Below are positions 20,901-28,686 of a stretch of 64,000 nt of DNA, in pieces. The DNA lies in the IMG/VR virus record IMGVR_UViG_3300026203_000001, one strand, 5' to 3'. The stretch's first letter is position 1. Each line of letters starts with the position of its first letter. Made by a program: the position numbers and the translations under genes. The notes under the pieces are model-generated. The model was not told the DNA's origin, ran no database searches, and saw nothing but the letters and a program-made list of their open reading frames with translations. Origin of the DNA: an uncultured virus (IMG/VR IMGVR_UViG_3300026203_000001) (taxonomy: Duplodnaviria; Heunggongvirae; Uroviricota; Caudoviricetes).

Positions 20901-22153
20901 TGATAGTTTGCTGTTACATTATTACCATTAACTATAGGAGAACCTTTTACATTATTCATCAGCATATAGTTGCCGAGTTCAAATGGAATTATAGAGTTCT
21001 GTAATGCTTTTGTGTCTCTTGGTTTTTGTACATCAATAAAAGTAGGAACTAGAGTTTCAATCTCATATCCTCTTACGTACGCTTTTCCTGGAGATACCTC
21101 TAACGCATAATATGCAGAACTAGATGCAATTCCACCTGGGGATGTTCTACCTGGAAGATATACACCATTATTTTCACCATCATCTTGATGCTCACGCATT
21201 CTTAGATCAAATTCTCTAACACTATAGTCACCTGACTCGTCAAATGTTCTACGAGCAAGTTCTCTTTCTATTTCATTATATGCAGTTCTTTCTACGAATG
21301 ATTCTATTGCTGAATCATTGATACGTAATAATTCAATAAAGTTTTTATCTGTATCATCATCAATAACTTTTTTAGTTAATGAACAACGAATTCTAAATCT
21401 ATGTGCACCAGGTGCAGAATAGTTGGATGTTCCAGTAGCATTATCATTTAATGATGGATCATCTTCTGGAGTTACAATAGATTCAAATACTTCTAGACCA
21501 ACCCTATATGATGGACTATTTGTATATTGATCAAGAATAATTGTTTGCTCACTTACATCTACAAAGTAACCACGTATAAAATATACACCATTAGCAACTG
21601 TAGCAGTAGAACCAACAGCAGTTGCAGTTGTAGGTAACAACTGTGCAAACGGTGTACCAACTTCAATTAGAGTAGATCCAAAAGTAAGTTCTGCATCACA
21701 TACTAACTGTTCATTTGCAGTGAAAGTTCTAGTATCACTATCTGTTCCACCAGATGTAATATATTTTAAATATAGAGTTATATAACCACGTTCTGACTCT
21801 GTTGCTGATATAGAAAATATAACTTTTGCTTTGATGCCAGTTGTAAGACCTGTAACTATTCTTCCTTCTAACTGTGAACGATATAATTCAACATTTGTTC
21901 CTAAGAAACTTGCTTGTAGTAATACTGCTTTTGCATCTAAATCGTAACCTATCTGTCCAGGGATGACCATTGCACCATCTTTGAACATATGAGTTCCCAT
22001 CGACTCAACCTGATTTTGCATCAGTGATTGAAGCGTGGTTAATTCTCTTGCCTGTATCGGATACCCAGGACGGAATAAAACTTTATAGAAGTTATTATCC
22101 GAACTAAAGTCGTCGTAATAGGGACTGATATTGAGGTTGGTATTCTGTGGCAT
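14960..22153 (-). CDS. Large virion structural protein (DUF4815/VrlC-like, 2397 aa)
   Basis: MPQNTNLNISPYYDDF...VLFRPGYPIQARELTTLQS, APGAHR, FKNGFLVDNF, DPLAQSF, LFKSQNASTW motifs; follows gp8. Confidence 0.82.
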   Translation of the reverse strand: MPQNTNLNISPYYDDFSSDNNFYKVLFRPGYPIQARELTTLQSLMQNQVESMGTHMFKDGAMVIPGQIGYDLDAKAVLLQASFLGTNVELYRSQLEGRIVTGLTTGIKAKVIFSISATESERGYITLYLKYITSGGTDSDTRTFTANEQLVCDAELTFGSTLIEVGTPFAQLLPTTATAVGSTATVANGVYFIRGYFVDVSEQTIILDQYTNSPSYRVGLEVFESIVTPEDDPSLNDNATGTSNYSAPGAHRFRIRCSLTKKVIDDDTDKNFIELLRINDSAIESFVERTAYNEIERELARRTFDESGDYSVREFDLRMREHQDDGENNGVYLPGRTSPGGIASSSAYYALEVSPGKAYVRGYEIETLVPTFIDVQKPRDTKALQNSIIPFELGNYMLMNNVKGSPIVNGNNVTANYQVLEFRDSAPGGSLNAAGEVIAYARCAAYEYHSGTTVTSSATVFKTYIFDIQPLTTFQMSQAVTAGQGAVIRGRTTRAKAFVVDATSAQTVFKVYQVFGTFRAGEVIEKDGVEIGTLTNSFSFQITDAKGVTGRDPDTNAITFAGDLLLDQETIISGVNFNINGTAFTGTNSNFTLDLRPGDVLTPNGVNSFTMDKIYPISANTITNNITSALNASGTASGLSNGDYSFMVRRRAQVYDKETADLLIEMPKESIKSITDESVIVARSFDDITVTGSNDFTISLPADEQFLAYDKDHYQLVELAPTAGTLIDIEPNLSFNSTGTPRTSLTVSGLTGVTSCRLITSVSKNQAEKKLKNATEMEVMKIEKTNISSDAPKYGLSYGSLYGTRIEDEEISLGSSDVYKVHAVYESLDELSAKIPFITMQDATIFQKGTIIEGQTSKAKARVVNFNSVSYVCHFVYENDKFFQLGETVQGFNANNVVINGIINDADGSIDNGSKNITQSFFLDPNQQGHYYDISKLIRFASSTKPLRKLKVVFNRFVHEATGDYFASESYVGVDYDDIPQYVENGVAKELRDVLDFRPGVTPVLSGSGTVGAPYFVNCASLDFKDRSFASGGVSNNATIIDIPKPESDFRCDYDFYLGRVDKVFLTDQQQFKVVKGISGELNEIPANIDNAMLLATMVHRPYGYSPEDVRISRENNRRFTMRDIGAIEKRVDQLEYYTSLSLLELETSSLPIKDSDGFDKFKNGFLVDNFTSFDSTDTTHEDFGAALDFQEGVLRPSHYTTNVSLQFSTTQSSGVTVHDTGTITRPYTEKRFIVQPYASRVENVNPFNVFAYIGRLDLYPSSDDWVDTRRAPDRVVNMEGSYEAAMVASGADTNTGFAPVQWNSWRTNWSSTTTSSSTLHMRGNGIRQITFNVSNTTSSQTRSGLRTRITPRIDRTNIGDRVIERTVVPFIRSRNIAFKIQRLKPNTRFYSFIDNVDVNFYTSPKLLEVIKNTIEDIRTNDTPFVVGETVVGQTSQCRLKLVDPNSGFTDGLSPYDQTELPTSYASTTPYLNIDTRTMSDTVMGTYYGNPLEGEILVGETSGARAVVKPKRLVANTNGDMEGIMWIPNPAVNTNPRFATGTRVVRVTTSVTDSRVPGEVDSAAQHNYVASGVIETQQATILAVRNADVVRDTVTQDRTVNNTSLTVRDTGWYDPLAQSFLVESKGGAFLTSIDIYFRTRDERIPVSCQIREMANGYPTTKVLAFSDVTLLPSDINLSENGTIPTKFTFPSPVYVAENRDYCAVILSDSNEYKLWISRMGEDDVTSDRTISEQPYAGVLFKSQNASTWTADQYEDLKFTLYKAQFETGGSGTAWFNNAELAEGNFGISRLRLDPIETTKPEIKIILADHVANFTIGAEITQTDVSPAPSAIVREVVQGVSGSSNAYLILDDVVGTFREGVASGASYIYRLVSSRSVGTITLTGVSGTFATGTVVTNGTGASAMVTDWNAGTGVVTVKSITGTFADGDAVTQVIASATTGSGTIGTSGTSFTGDDINDYPSAPISYFNRATEIKVRHSNHCMHDGTNSVLISGVTSEVSPTLIDSAYHTNGITASDGVTGSFQLHVMDGAAFHTVINGSTVSTSNKGYILIRDPEIPRQHFEIIEYTGISGDGKIFTLPSGSRGQAGTTAITHSANSIVECYNLDGIPLTEINKLHTAIGSPTLDTYKLQVSSVSSAGIVSGGFDVIATQNIQFDQLYPQLQMTVYPETDVVPRLNAVSGTSIQDGNNVTQASFINDGIYYDMIPNEDNYLDEPKMVCSQVNEDAKLSGSKSLNVQMIMTTSNANISPVLDTDRCSLITTMNRVNDLAIGSNNAESPTGDLDDAVYVTKVMNLLNPANSLRVRFEGWRHPSTEIKVMYKIVPVGTTIPVSEIGYTYFNGNGLEDKTIQKTESLLYRDFEYTFEGTEFTIAQVKIILTSSNQCYVPEIKNLRVIALSDL

Positions 22154-22156
22154 TTT

Positions 22157-23692
22157 TTAGAACTCTACAACGATTTTGATGTCTTCAATTTGGTCGCCCG
22201 CCCTAGAGATTGCTCTCCTATTGTCTATGTAAATTACTTTACCTGAATCCTTTTTCACTTCAGGTTTGGCGTAACCAGATGTGAATGACATACCTAAATC
22301 ATATTCTGTGTTGTTTATAACACGTGTTGCTTCACCAGGAACTACAGGGAAGTTGATGTCAGGGTCAACAGATGTACCTGATCCCGAACCAACGATGGTG
22401 TTACCACCAGAGAACTCAACTTTGTTACCAGTAATCTCAGGGAATATACCATCAACTCTGTTTTGATAAAATTTCAAAACTTTAGTTATAGAGTTCCAAG
22501 AAACTACACGACCACGAGCAGTGACTTGTTGTCCACCCACAGTACGAGTTTGAGTTATGATTTCATCAGTATTAAATGATCCTGTGAAATCTGGAGAAAA
22601 TATTACAGCGTTTGATGCTGACAAAGTAATCGCATCTGCCAATTCTTCTGTACCATACTTAAATGGGTTTAGAACTAAACCAATACGACGATAATCATTA
22701 TCAGTAGGGAAGTCTCCAGATCCCTCTGAGTATGTAAATTTAGTGTTGATCATTACACGGAAACCACCTAACTCAATAGCAGGAGTAGATCCGTGACCAC
22801 CTTTAGGTGGAATAATAACGTCAATGGCACCACCAGATCCTGTACCAGAACCAATACCATTAACTTCATCAACAACAATCTTACCGAAGGAATAGTTAGA
22901 TCCTCCAGAAGTTACAGTTGCAGATACTATACGACCACCATCAACAACGATAGAAATACGTCCACCAGTTCCATCTCCTCTTAGAGGTATGTTTTCATAT
23001 GTACCATTGTTATAACCAGAACCAGATGATTGGATAACAACAGTATCTATCTCTCCTCCTACAGCATCTGACTGAACAGCAGTATCAATTAATACAGGCA
23101 TATAGTCTGCTGAGAAGAATTTTAGAACCTGCCCCACTGGGATGGTGTACATATACTTCCAACGATAACCATCAGCAGTGGTGATAATAGAAGTAGAAGT
23201 GCCAGTGGGTTCGATCGTACTAGGTTTACCGTTCGGATCAGAGGGTGACGTTCCATTGTAGATACATTTGTAAACTTGATATGAACTGTTAACAACGTAG
23301 AAATCAGCATCATATAGTTTAGTAGCACCACTAGAAGCAGTCTTACTAGATGAGTAGTCATTACGATACATATCGTAAACATAACCTAAACCACCAGTAG
23401 TTTGTTCTGGGGGTATCCAGTCAATACGACGTACAACTTGAATAGCGTCACTAGCAAGGACACGTTTCATAGAAATCATATCGTCATATGAATCTGAAAA
23501 CTCTTGGAAAGAGTCAATAGGAGTAGGAGGATTATTCTCGTTATCCCACTCTTGAGGACGACCAATGAAAACATACAAACGGTCACGATTTGCACCCGCA
23601 ACGATGTCACTCTGAGTCGAATCTGGTCCCTCAAGTGATTTGATGAATTTTTCAGCGGTGAAAATTCTAAATTGATCGGTAAGTAATGCCAT
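22157..23692 (-). CDS. gp8: Baseplate wedge subunit
   Basis: LYVFIGRPQEW, YDMYR, FYVVNS.YQVYKCIYN, DGYRWKYMYT, IYIDNR..ISRA..QIEDIKIVVEF. Confidence 0.9.
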   Translation of the reverse strand: MALLTDQFRIFTAEKFIKSLEGPDSTQSDIVAGANRDRLYVFIGRPQEWDNENNPPTPIDSFQEFSDSYDDMISMKRVLASDAIQVVRRIDWIPPEQTTGGLGYVYDMYRNDYSSSKTASSGATKLYDADFYVVNSSYQVYKCIYNGTSPSDPNGKPSTIEPTGTSTSIITTADGYRWKYMYTIPVGQVLKFFSADYMPVLIDTAVQSDAVGGEIDTVVIQSSGSGYNNGTYENIPLRGDGTGGRISIVVDGGRIVSATVTSGGSNYSFGKIVVDEVNGIGSGTGSGGAIDVIIPPKGGHGSTPAIELGGFRVMINTKFTYSEGSGDFPTDNDYRRIGLVLNPFKYGTEELADAITLSASNAVIFSPDFTGSFNTDEIITQTRTVGGQQVTARGRVVSWNSITKVLKFYQNRVDGIFPEITGNKVEFSGGNTIVGSGSGTSVDPDINFPVVPGEATRVINNTEYDLGMSFTSGYAKPEVKKDSGKVIYIDNRRAISRAGDQIEDIKIVVEF

Positions 23693-23714
23693 TGGATACT
23701 ATGTACCTTCCTTT

Positions 23715-23722
23715 TATTTATA
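23715..23722 (-). promoter_or_regulatory. T4-type late promoter TATAAATA
   Basis: Exact consensus upstream of gp8, followed by an AAGGAAGG RBS-like sequence. Confidence 0.8.
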
Positions 23723-23727
23723 GTAGT

Positions 23728-25599
23728 TTAGTCAGGTTCGTTTCGGATATAGGATGGATAATTTATAAATTGGATAACACCTATGGCACCTGACGTACCT
23801 CCAGTGATATTTTCGTTCTTATTCCAAAGATAATTTCCTGAGTTTGCAACTGGATTATTAACAACAAGAACCTTTGTAGTTGCATCCCAAGATACAACTG
23901 TTGCTGCTACTCCACTTAAACTTCCTGTGACAGTTTCACTCTGTGTAAAATTATAAGAGTTATTCATAACACGGAAAGTAAACTCAATAGTTGCTAGGTG
24001 TAGTTCTCCATCACCTAAAGCACCTGCAACTGTGACAGTAGGAGATCTAGAAGGAAGAGACGAGTCTGTCATTTGGTCTCCAACTTGGAACAATGAAGTG
24101 TTTTGTCCACCCAATGTTTCCTCAATACCATATAGAGATGATGCAATACCACCATCAAGACTGATAGCATTTGCAAATTCTGTATTAGTATTTACTAGAT
24201 CAGGAATACCATCTCCTGCTCCTTGTAATTCATCATCATCTTCAAATTTTTTGTCTTGTATTAGACCAATAGGATCTGTTAACTGAACAATAGTATCACC
24301 TATAGAATCAACTAATACGTGTGGTTCAACACCAGTTTCACTAGATGCTGCTACACCACCAATAAAGTCAATAACTTGAGATAAAGTATTTGATGATCCA
24401 CCGTCAATAAATGCTAATTTATCAACTTCAAATACCAAATATAGTGCATTGATCGCAGGTTTCCAGTCATATACACGAGCAATTTTGTTACTTGAACTTT
24501 CAGATGTTCTTATAACACGATCTCCAACATTAAAAATATATTGACTAATACCATCTGCATTGTCAGCAAGTGAATCTAATGTAACTTTTTGATCATATCT
24601 AAAATTAACAGCACGGTCACATCCTACAAAAGATGTAGCAGTTTTACCCGTATATCTAATAACTTCATTACCTATTAATATTTTTCCAGATCCAGGATAG
24701 GGTGCAGTAGTTTCGACAAATACTGTTTGATCAGAAATACCTACATTATTAATAAGACCAGTTAAATTATATAAGAATGAGTTAAATGCTTGTCTGTTTC
24801 TAGACCTTTTTATTAAATCAGTATTCCTAGTAAAAATTACTTGGGGTTCTGATGAAAAACCACCACCAGGATCAAGAATATCGATTGAAGTAATAGCACC
24901 AAGATCGACAGTAGCAAGTGCTCTAGCACCACCACCTCCACCACCATTGAGTAAGATAACGGGAGGTGTCTGGAAAAACTCACCCGCACTCGATATGTTT
25001 ATCTTTTTAACAATACCAAATTCATCTACTTCTGCAACACCAGTAGCACCCTGTCCACCTCCACCAGATACAATAATATTAATATCACCATTCTCATAAT
25101 TAGCACCAGTATCTTCTAATGCTAAACCAGTAATTAATCCAGTAACAGGTCTGAGTTCAGCACCTGATCCACCACCACCTTCTATTACAGCAGTTGTAGC
25201 ATCATTAAAATATTGATCACCATTCGACAACATCTGAATGTATTGAATAGAACCCGCAGGAGCAATCAGTGTTCCATCAGGTGCAACTTGATCAGTGTCA
25301 TATAATAATGCTTTTGCCTTCGCACCATATCCAATTCCTGTTGTTTCAAGTTTAATTCTAAATGGATCGTATCCAGTTCCAGGATCTAATACTTTAACAG
25401 CAGCAATTTGTCCGTTAGTAATTACAGGTTCAAGTATTGCTTCTCTTAAAGGTGTACCACAATTAGTAACTTTTAATTCTGGTGGGTCGCCCGCAACATA
25501 TCCAGTCCCTCCATCATTAACAAATACGTCCTTTATTCCGAACGTACTGTTAAAGATAGGTTCAATAACTGCTCCTGATCCTGGGACTGTTCTTGCCAT
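23728..25599 (-). CDS. Baseplate-associated structural protein
   Basis: 623 aa with GxGY..P / GGGGxGA repeats also found in gp7 and gp8 here. Confidence 0.7.
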   Translation of the reverse strand: MARTVPGSGAVIEPIFNSTFGIKDVFVNDGGTGYVAGDPPELKVTNCGTPLREAILEPVITNGQIAAVKVLDPGTGYDPFRIKLETTGIGYGAKAKALLYDTDQVAPDGTLIAPAGSIQYIQMLSNGDQYFNDATTAVIEGGGGSGAELRPVTGLITGLALEDTGANYENGDINIIVSGGGGQGATGVAEVDEFGIVKKINISSAGEFFQTPPVILLNGGGGGGARALATVDLGAITSIDILDPGGGFSSEPQVIFTRNTDLIKRSRNRQAFNSFLYNLTGLINNVGISDQTVFVETTAPYPGSGKILIGNEVIRYTGKTATSFVGCDRAVNFRYDQKVTLDSLADNADGISQYIFNVGDRVIRTSESSSNKIARVYDWKPAINALYLVFEVDKLAFIDGGSSNTLSQVIDFIGGVAASSETGVEPHVLVDSIGDTIVQLTDPIGLIQDKKFEDDDELQGAGDGIPDLVNTNTEFANAISLDGGIASSLYGIEETLGGQNTSLFQVGDQMTDSSLPSRSPTVTVAGALGDGELHLATIEFTFRVMNNSYNFTQSETVTGSLSGVAATVVSWDATTKVLVVNNPVANSGNYLWNKNENITGGTSGAIGVIQFINYPSYIRNEPD

Positions 25600-27278
25600 T
25601 ACCTAATTTCTATAGTTCCATTCATAGATGAGTGGATTGTGCATTGATAATATAGAGTGCTTGGTGCATCAAAAGGAACTGTAAATGACTGCATAGAAGT
25701 TTGCGATCCAGAAATACCTGTAGTATATGGAGTTCCTGATAGTCCAGTTGTGGACTGAATTCTTAGTGGATGAGATGCTCCAGTAGTATTATTAAAATCA
25801 TATGTAAATCCACGATAAAGAATTATATTAGGATCTGTAGATCCTCCTGATGGTAATCCAGGTCCATTAACTGTATAGTTTGTTTGTCCAACTGCACTGA
25901 ATGAATATAAAAGTGTTGGAGATGGTTTATATACAGTTGCATTATTATATCCTTTAATAACACTTGCTCCCGCAGGTGCACTAGAACCTTGACGTTTGAA
26001 TCCTCTATCAACGTCTTCAAAAGTTGTACCATCATTAGCAACCTGTAGTTCACCATTAGTATCAATTTTAAGTTTTTTGGTACCAATATGAATTTCAGTT
26101 CCTGTAGGAAGAACTAAGTTGTTACTTCCATCAAGTGATATTTTCTTAGTACCACCACTACCAAATCTTATCTCAGAGTTTTCTGGAACCTCTAAATTAC
26201 CAGATCCGTCAAACTTAATAGACTTAGCAGCATCACCACCAAAACGAATATCTGTTCCTGTAGGTAAATCTAGGTTATTATTTCCGTCAAACTTAAGTTC
26301 TTTAGCAGAACCAGTAGTACCAAAACGGATAGAACTTGAAGCAGGAAGTTCAAGAATTCCATCAGTATCAAATGTTATATCACCAAAACCGAACTTTAAT
26401 TTCTGTGCACCAAGATCTACAGCACCATCTTCTTGTTCAGTAATTAATTTATTTTTAGATGAAATCTTAACATTACCAGATACTGCTAGTTCTTGTGTTT
26501 GGTTAGCAGTTCCTGTAGCACTAACTGTAACAGTACCACGAGTAGCACCTGCTTCAGCAGTAAATGATGCGAATGTTGCTTCAATTTTATTGCCATTAAC
26601 ATCCTCAATTTCTAAAGGTGTTCCTACTTTCATCGCACCAAAACGTAAACGAAGACCCTCTTCTTCTGTAGAGTTTTCTGACGCTAATTTAGACGTGATA
26701 GTACGAGTAGCACCTGTGTCTATACTATGAACAGTATGTTCTTTTCTCTTTCTACGAGTAATCTCTTGATCAGATCCTATAGAAATACCTGTATCATCCA
26801 TCCAAATAGTAGAACTGGATAGATATAAATCCCTAAACTTAAGTGAAGTACTACCTAAGTCATATGTGTTGTCGGTGTTTGGTAGAAAATGAGTTGAAAT
26901 AACAACGTTATTAGAACCATTGTTAGTCAAGTTAGTAATGGCATTGCCCCCACCGCCACCACTACCTTGTAGGTCATCACCAGGTTGGAATCTTGAGTTT
27001 GCTGTATTCCATTTCAATACTTGACCATTACCTATACCAGTCAAGTCAACATCAGTCAAATTAGATGATGCCAGATCTCCTTCAGTAAATACTGATCCAT
27101 TCCATTTAAGGACTTGGTTTGTTGATGGTGATCCAACACTAATTTGCAAATTAGTATTATCACCAAGTTGGGTGTATAACTCGTTAATTACATTATTAAC
27201 TTTTATAGCACCGTCTCTGAGGGTATCTCCTGTACCATCATTTGCCGATAGACCGACGTTTACATTCTGCTTAGCCAT
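25599..27278 (-). CDS. gp9/gp10-like baseplate-fibre connector N-terminus with a C-terminal cupredoxin-like domain
   Basis: MAKQNVNVGLSANDGTGDTLRDGAIKVN (gp9/gp10 N-terminal motif); FDGxxNLxLPxxxxIRFG repeats; HPLRI...LYYQCTIHSSM. Confidence 0.75.
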   Translation of the reverse strand: MAKQNVNVGLSANDGTGDTLRDGAIKVNNVINELYTQLGDNTNLQISVGSPSTNQVLKWNGSVFTEGDLASSNLTDVDLTGIGNGQVLKWNTANSRFQPGDDLQGSGGGGGNAITNLTNNGSNNVVISTHFLPNTDNTYDLGSTSLKFRDLYLSSSTIWMDDTGISIGSDQEITRRKRKEHTVHSIDTGATRTITSKLASENSTEEEGLRLRFGAMKVGTPLEIEDVNGNKIEATFASFTAEAGATRGTVTVSATGTANQTQELAVSGNVKISSKNKLITEQEDGAVDLGAQKLKFGFGDITFDTDGILELPASSSIRFGTTGSAKELKFDGNNNLDLPTGTDIRFGGDAAKSIKFDGSGNLEVPENSEIRFGSGGTKKISLDGSNNLVLPTGTEIHIGTKKLKIDTNGELQVANDGTTFEDVDRGFKRQGSSAPAGASVIKGYNNATVYKPSPTLLYSFSAVGQTNYTVNGPGLPSGGSTDPNIILYRGFTYDFNNTTGASHPLRIQSTTGLSGTPYTTGISGSQTSMQSFTVPFDAPSTLYYQCTIHSSMNGTIEIR

Positions 27279-27302
27279 AGTAGGGGGTTTTTTCTACAGT
27301 TT

Positions 27303-27310
27303 TATTTATG
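27303..27310 (-). promoter_or_regulatory. Late promoter variant CATAAATA
   Basis: ATAAATA core overlapping the upstream stop codon, 25 nt from the next ATG. Confidence 0.6.
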
Positions 27311-28673
27311 TCATATCAAAAGATTCTGACGTATTATCCAGAAAAACATCTTGTCTAGTAAAATCAGGATTGTTATTGTCCCGATCAAATGTAACTGGAG
27401 TCATATCGTACTTTCCAATACCAGTATCAAATTTAAGGATAGTGGAATAATCTATAGACGTTCCAGAACCTGTTACAGTAAGGATCGCCAGATTGCTTAT
27501 TAAGGGTGAGTTTTGTGCCTGAGTAGATGCACCAACTGGACCAGTCAATACACATCTATAACGATAACCAGTCATAAATGGTTGAGCATTTATTGTTAAC
27601 GTTGCTGATGTATCACCAGTCAAATTAGACCAAGCAAATCCACCGTCTGTTGATACTTGCCACTGATATGCAATAGTATCATTTTGTGGTTGTATCTCTG
27701 CCAACAAACTAAACTGTTGTGTGTTACCACTTTGAACAGTAGCATTTGTTGGTTGAAGTGTTATTACAATACTAGGGGGTTGAGAAGGAGTATCGCCACC
27801 ATCATCAGTAGGTGGTGCAGTTTGTGTGAAACCATCATTAGCGGGTACTACCATTGCCTCTTTCGAGGTCAAACCCATCATAAAAGGAAATACTGGATTT
27901 CCAGAATTATCTTCAGTAAGAAAGTATGCAAAAGTACCACTAGGATACTCAGGTGTTACACAATATCTACCATTATGTGTGTCTAACTTACCTGTTCCAC
28001 CAGTGTATTCATAATCTTCCATAAACACACCTGCGGGGTATGTTGTATCATATACAGGTCTTCCAGGTGCTTCTTGGACTCTTACTGTCCATCCAGAAGA
28101 CATTCTGATTACAGGTGTAGTATTATCATTAGCATTGGTATATCCGTAAGGACCATACACAGGATAACCATCAAAACTAAAACCTATTATTTTAGAATGA
28201 CCATCAGGGTGTCTAATATTATCACCATTATATTGAGATGAACCATAGTAATCATTGTATCCTGCCATCACTTGATTGGCATTCCAACAATCTATGAAGT
28301 CGCTGTCATTATAACTGTACTGACCACTTGACTGAGGATAACCACCACAACTATCTTCTCCATAATTAACAGCAGAACCAATACCCGCTGCCACGTAGGA
28401 AAAACCCGACGGGGGAGACCCATCAGTTCCTGCACTAGGATTAAAGAAGACGACACCGTTTGCAGCAATACCAATAGCACCCAAACCGACAACCCCAGAA
28501 TCAGACGTGTTTGATCCACCTCTGTAAACAAAGTTGTGGTTGAAAGAATATGATGTAATTGTGTTTGAATTGTTAGCATTAGGAAAAGTTCCTGAGTTCA
28601 CTGGAGTTGGTAAACCATCACCAGTTACTGTTAGGACATTATTGCTACTATTATAGGATCCATTTGCTGCCAT
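27306..28673 (-). CDS. YHYH-family domain plus Ig-like domain structural protein
   Basis: LGAIGIAANGVVFFNP, HSKIIGFSFDGYPVYGPYGY, LDTHNGRYCVTPEYP.GTFAYF; Ig-like ITLQP...YQWQ...YRYRC. Confidence 0.75.
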   Translation of the reverse strand: MAANGSYNSSNNVLTVTGDGLPTPVNSGTFPNANNSNTITSYSFNHNFVYRGGSNTSDSGVVGLGAIGIAANGVVFFNPSAGTDGSPPSGFSYVAAGIGSAVNYGEDSCGGYPQSSGQYSYNDSDFIDCWNANQVMAGYNDYYGSSQYNGDNIRHPDGHSKIIGFSFDGYPVYGPYGYTNANDNTTPVIRMSSGWTVRVQEAPGRPVYDTTYPAGVFMEDYEYTGGTGKLDTHNGRYCVTPEYPSGTFAYFLTEDNSGNPVFPFMMGLTSKEAMVVPANDGFTQTAPPTDDGGDTPSQPPSIVITLQPTNATVQSGNTQQFSLLAEIQPQNDTIAYQWQVSTDGGFAWSNLTGDTSATLTINAQPFMTGYRYRCVLTGPVGASTQAQNSPLISNLAILTVTGSGTSIDYSTILKFDTGIGKYDMTPVTFDRDNNNPDFTRQDVFLDNTSESFDMT

Positions 28674-28678
28674 AGTAG

Positions 28679-28686
28679 TATTTAGT
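28679..28686 (-). promoter_or_regulatory. Late promoter variant ACTAAATA
   Basis: TAAATA core overlapping the gp7 stop, a few nt from the YHYH gene ATG. Confidence 0.5.
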
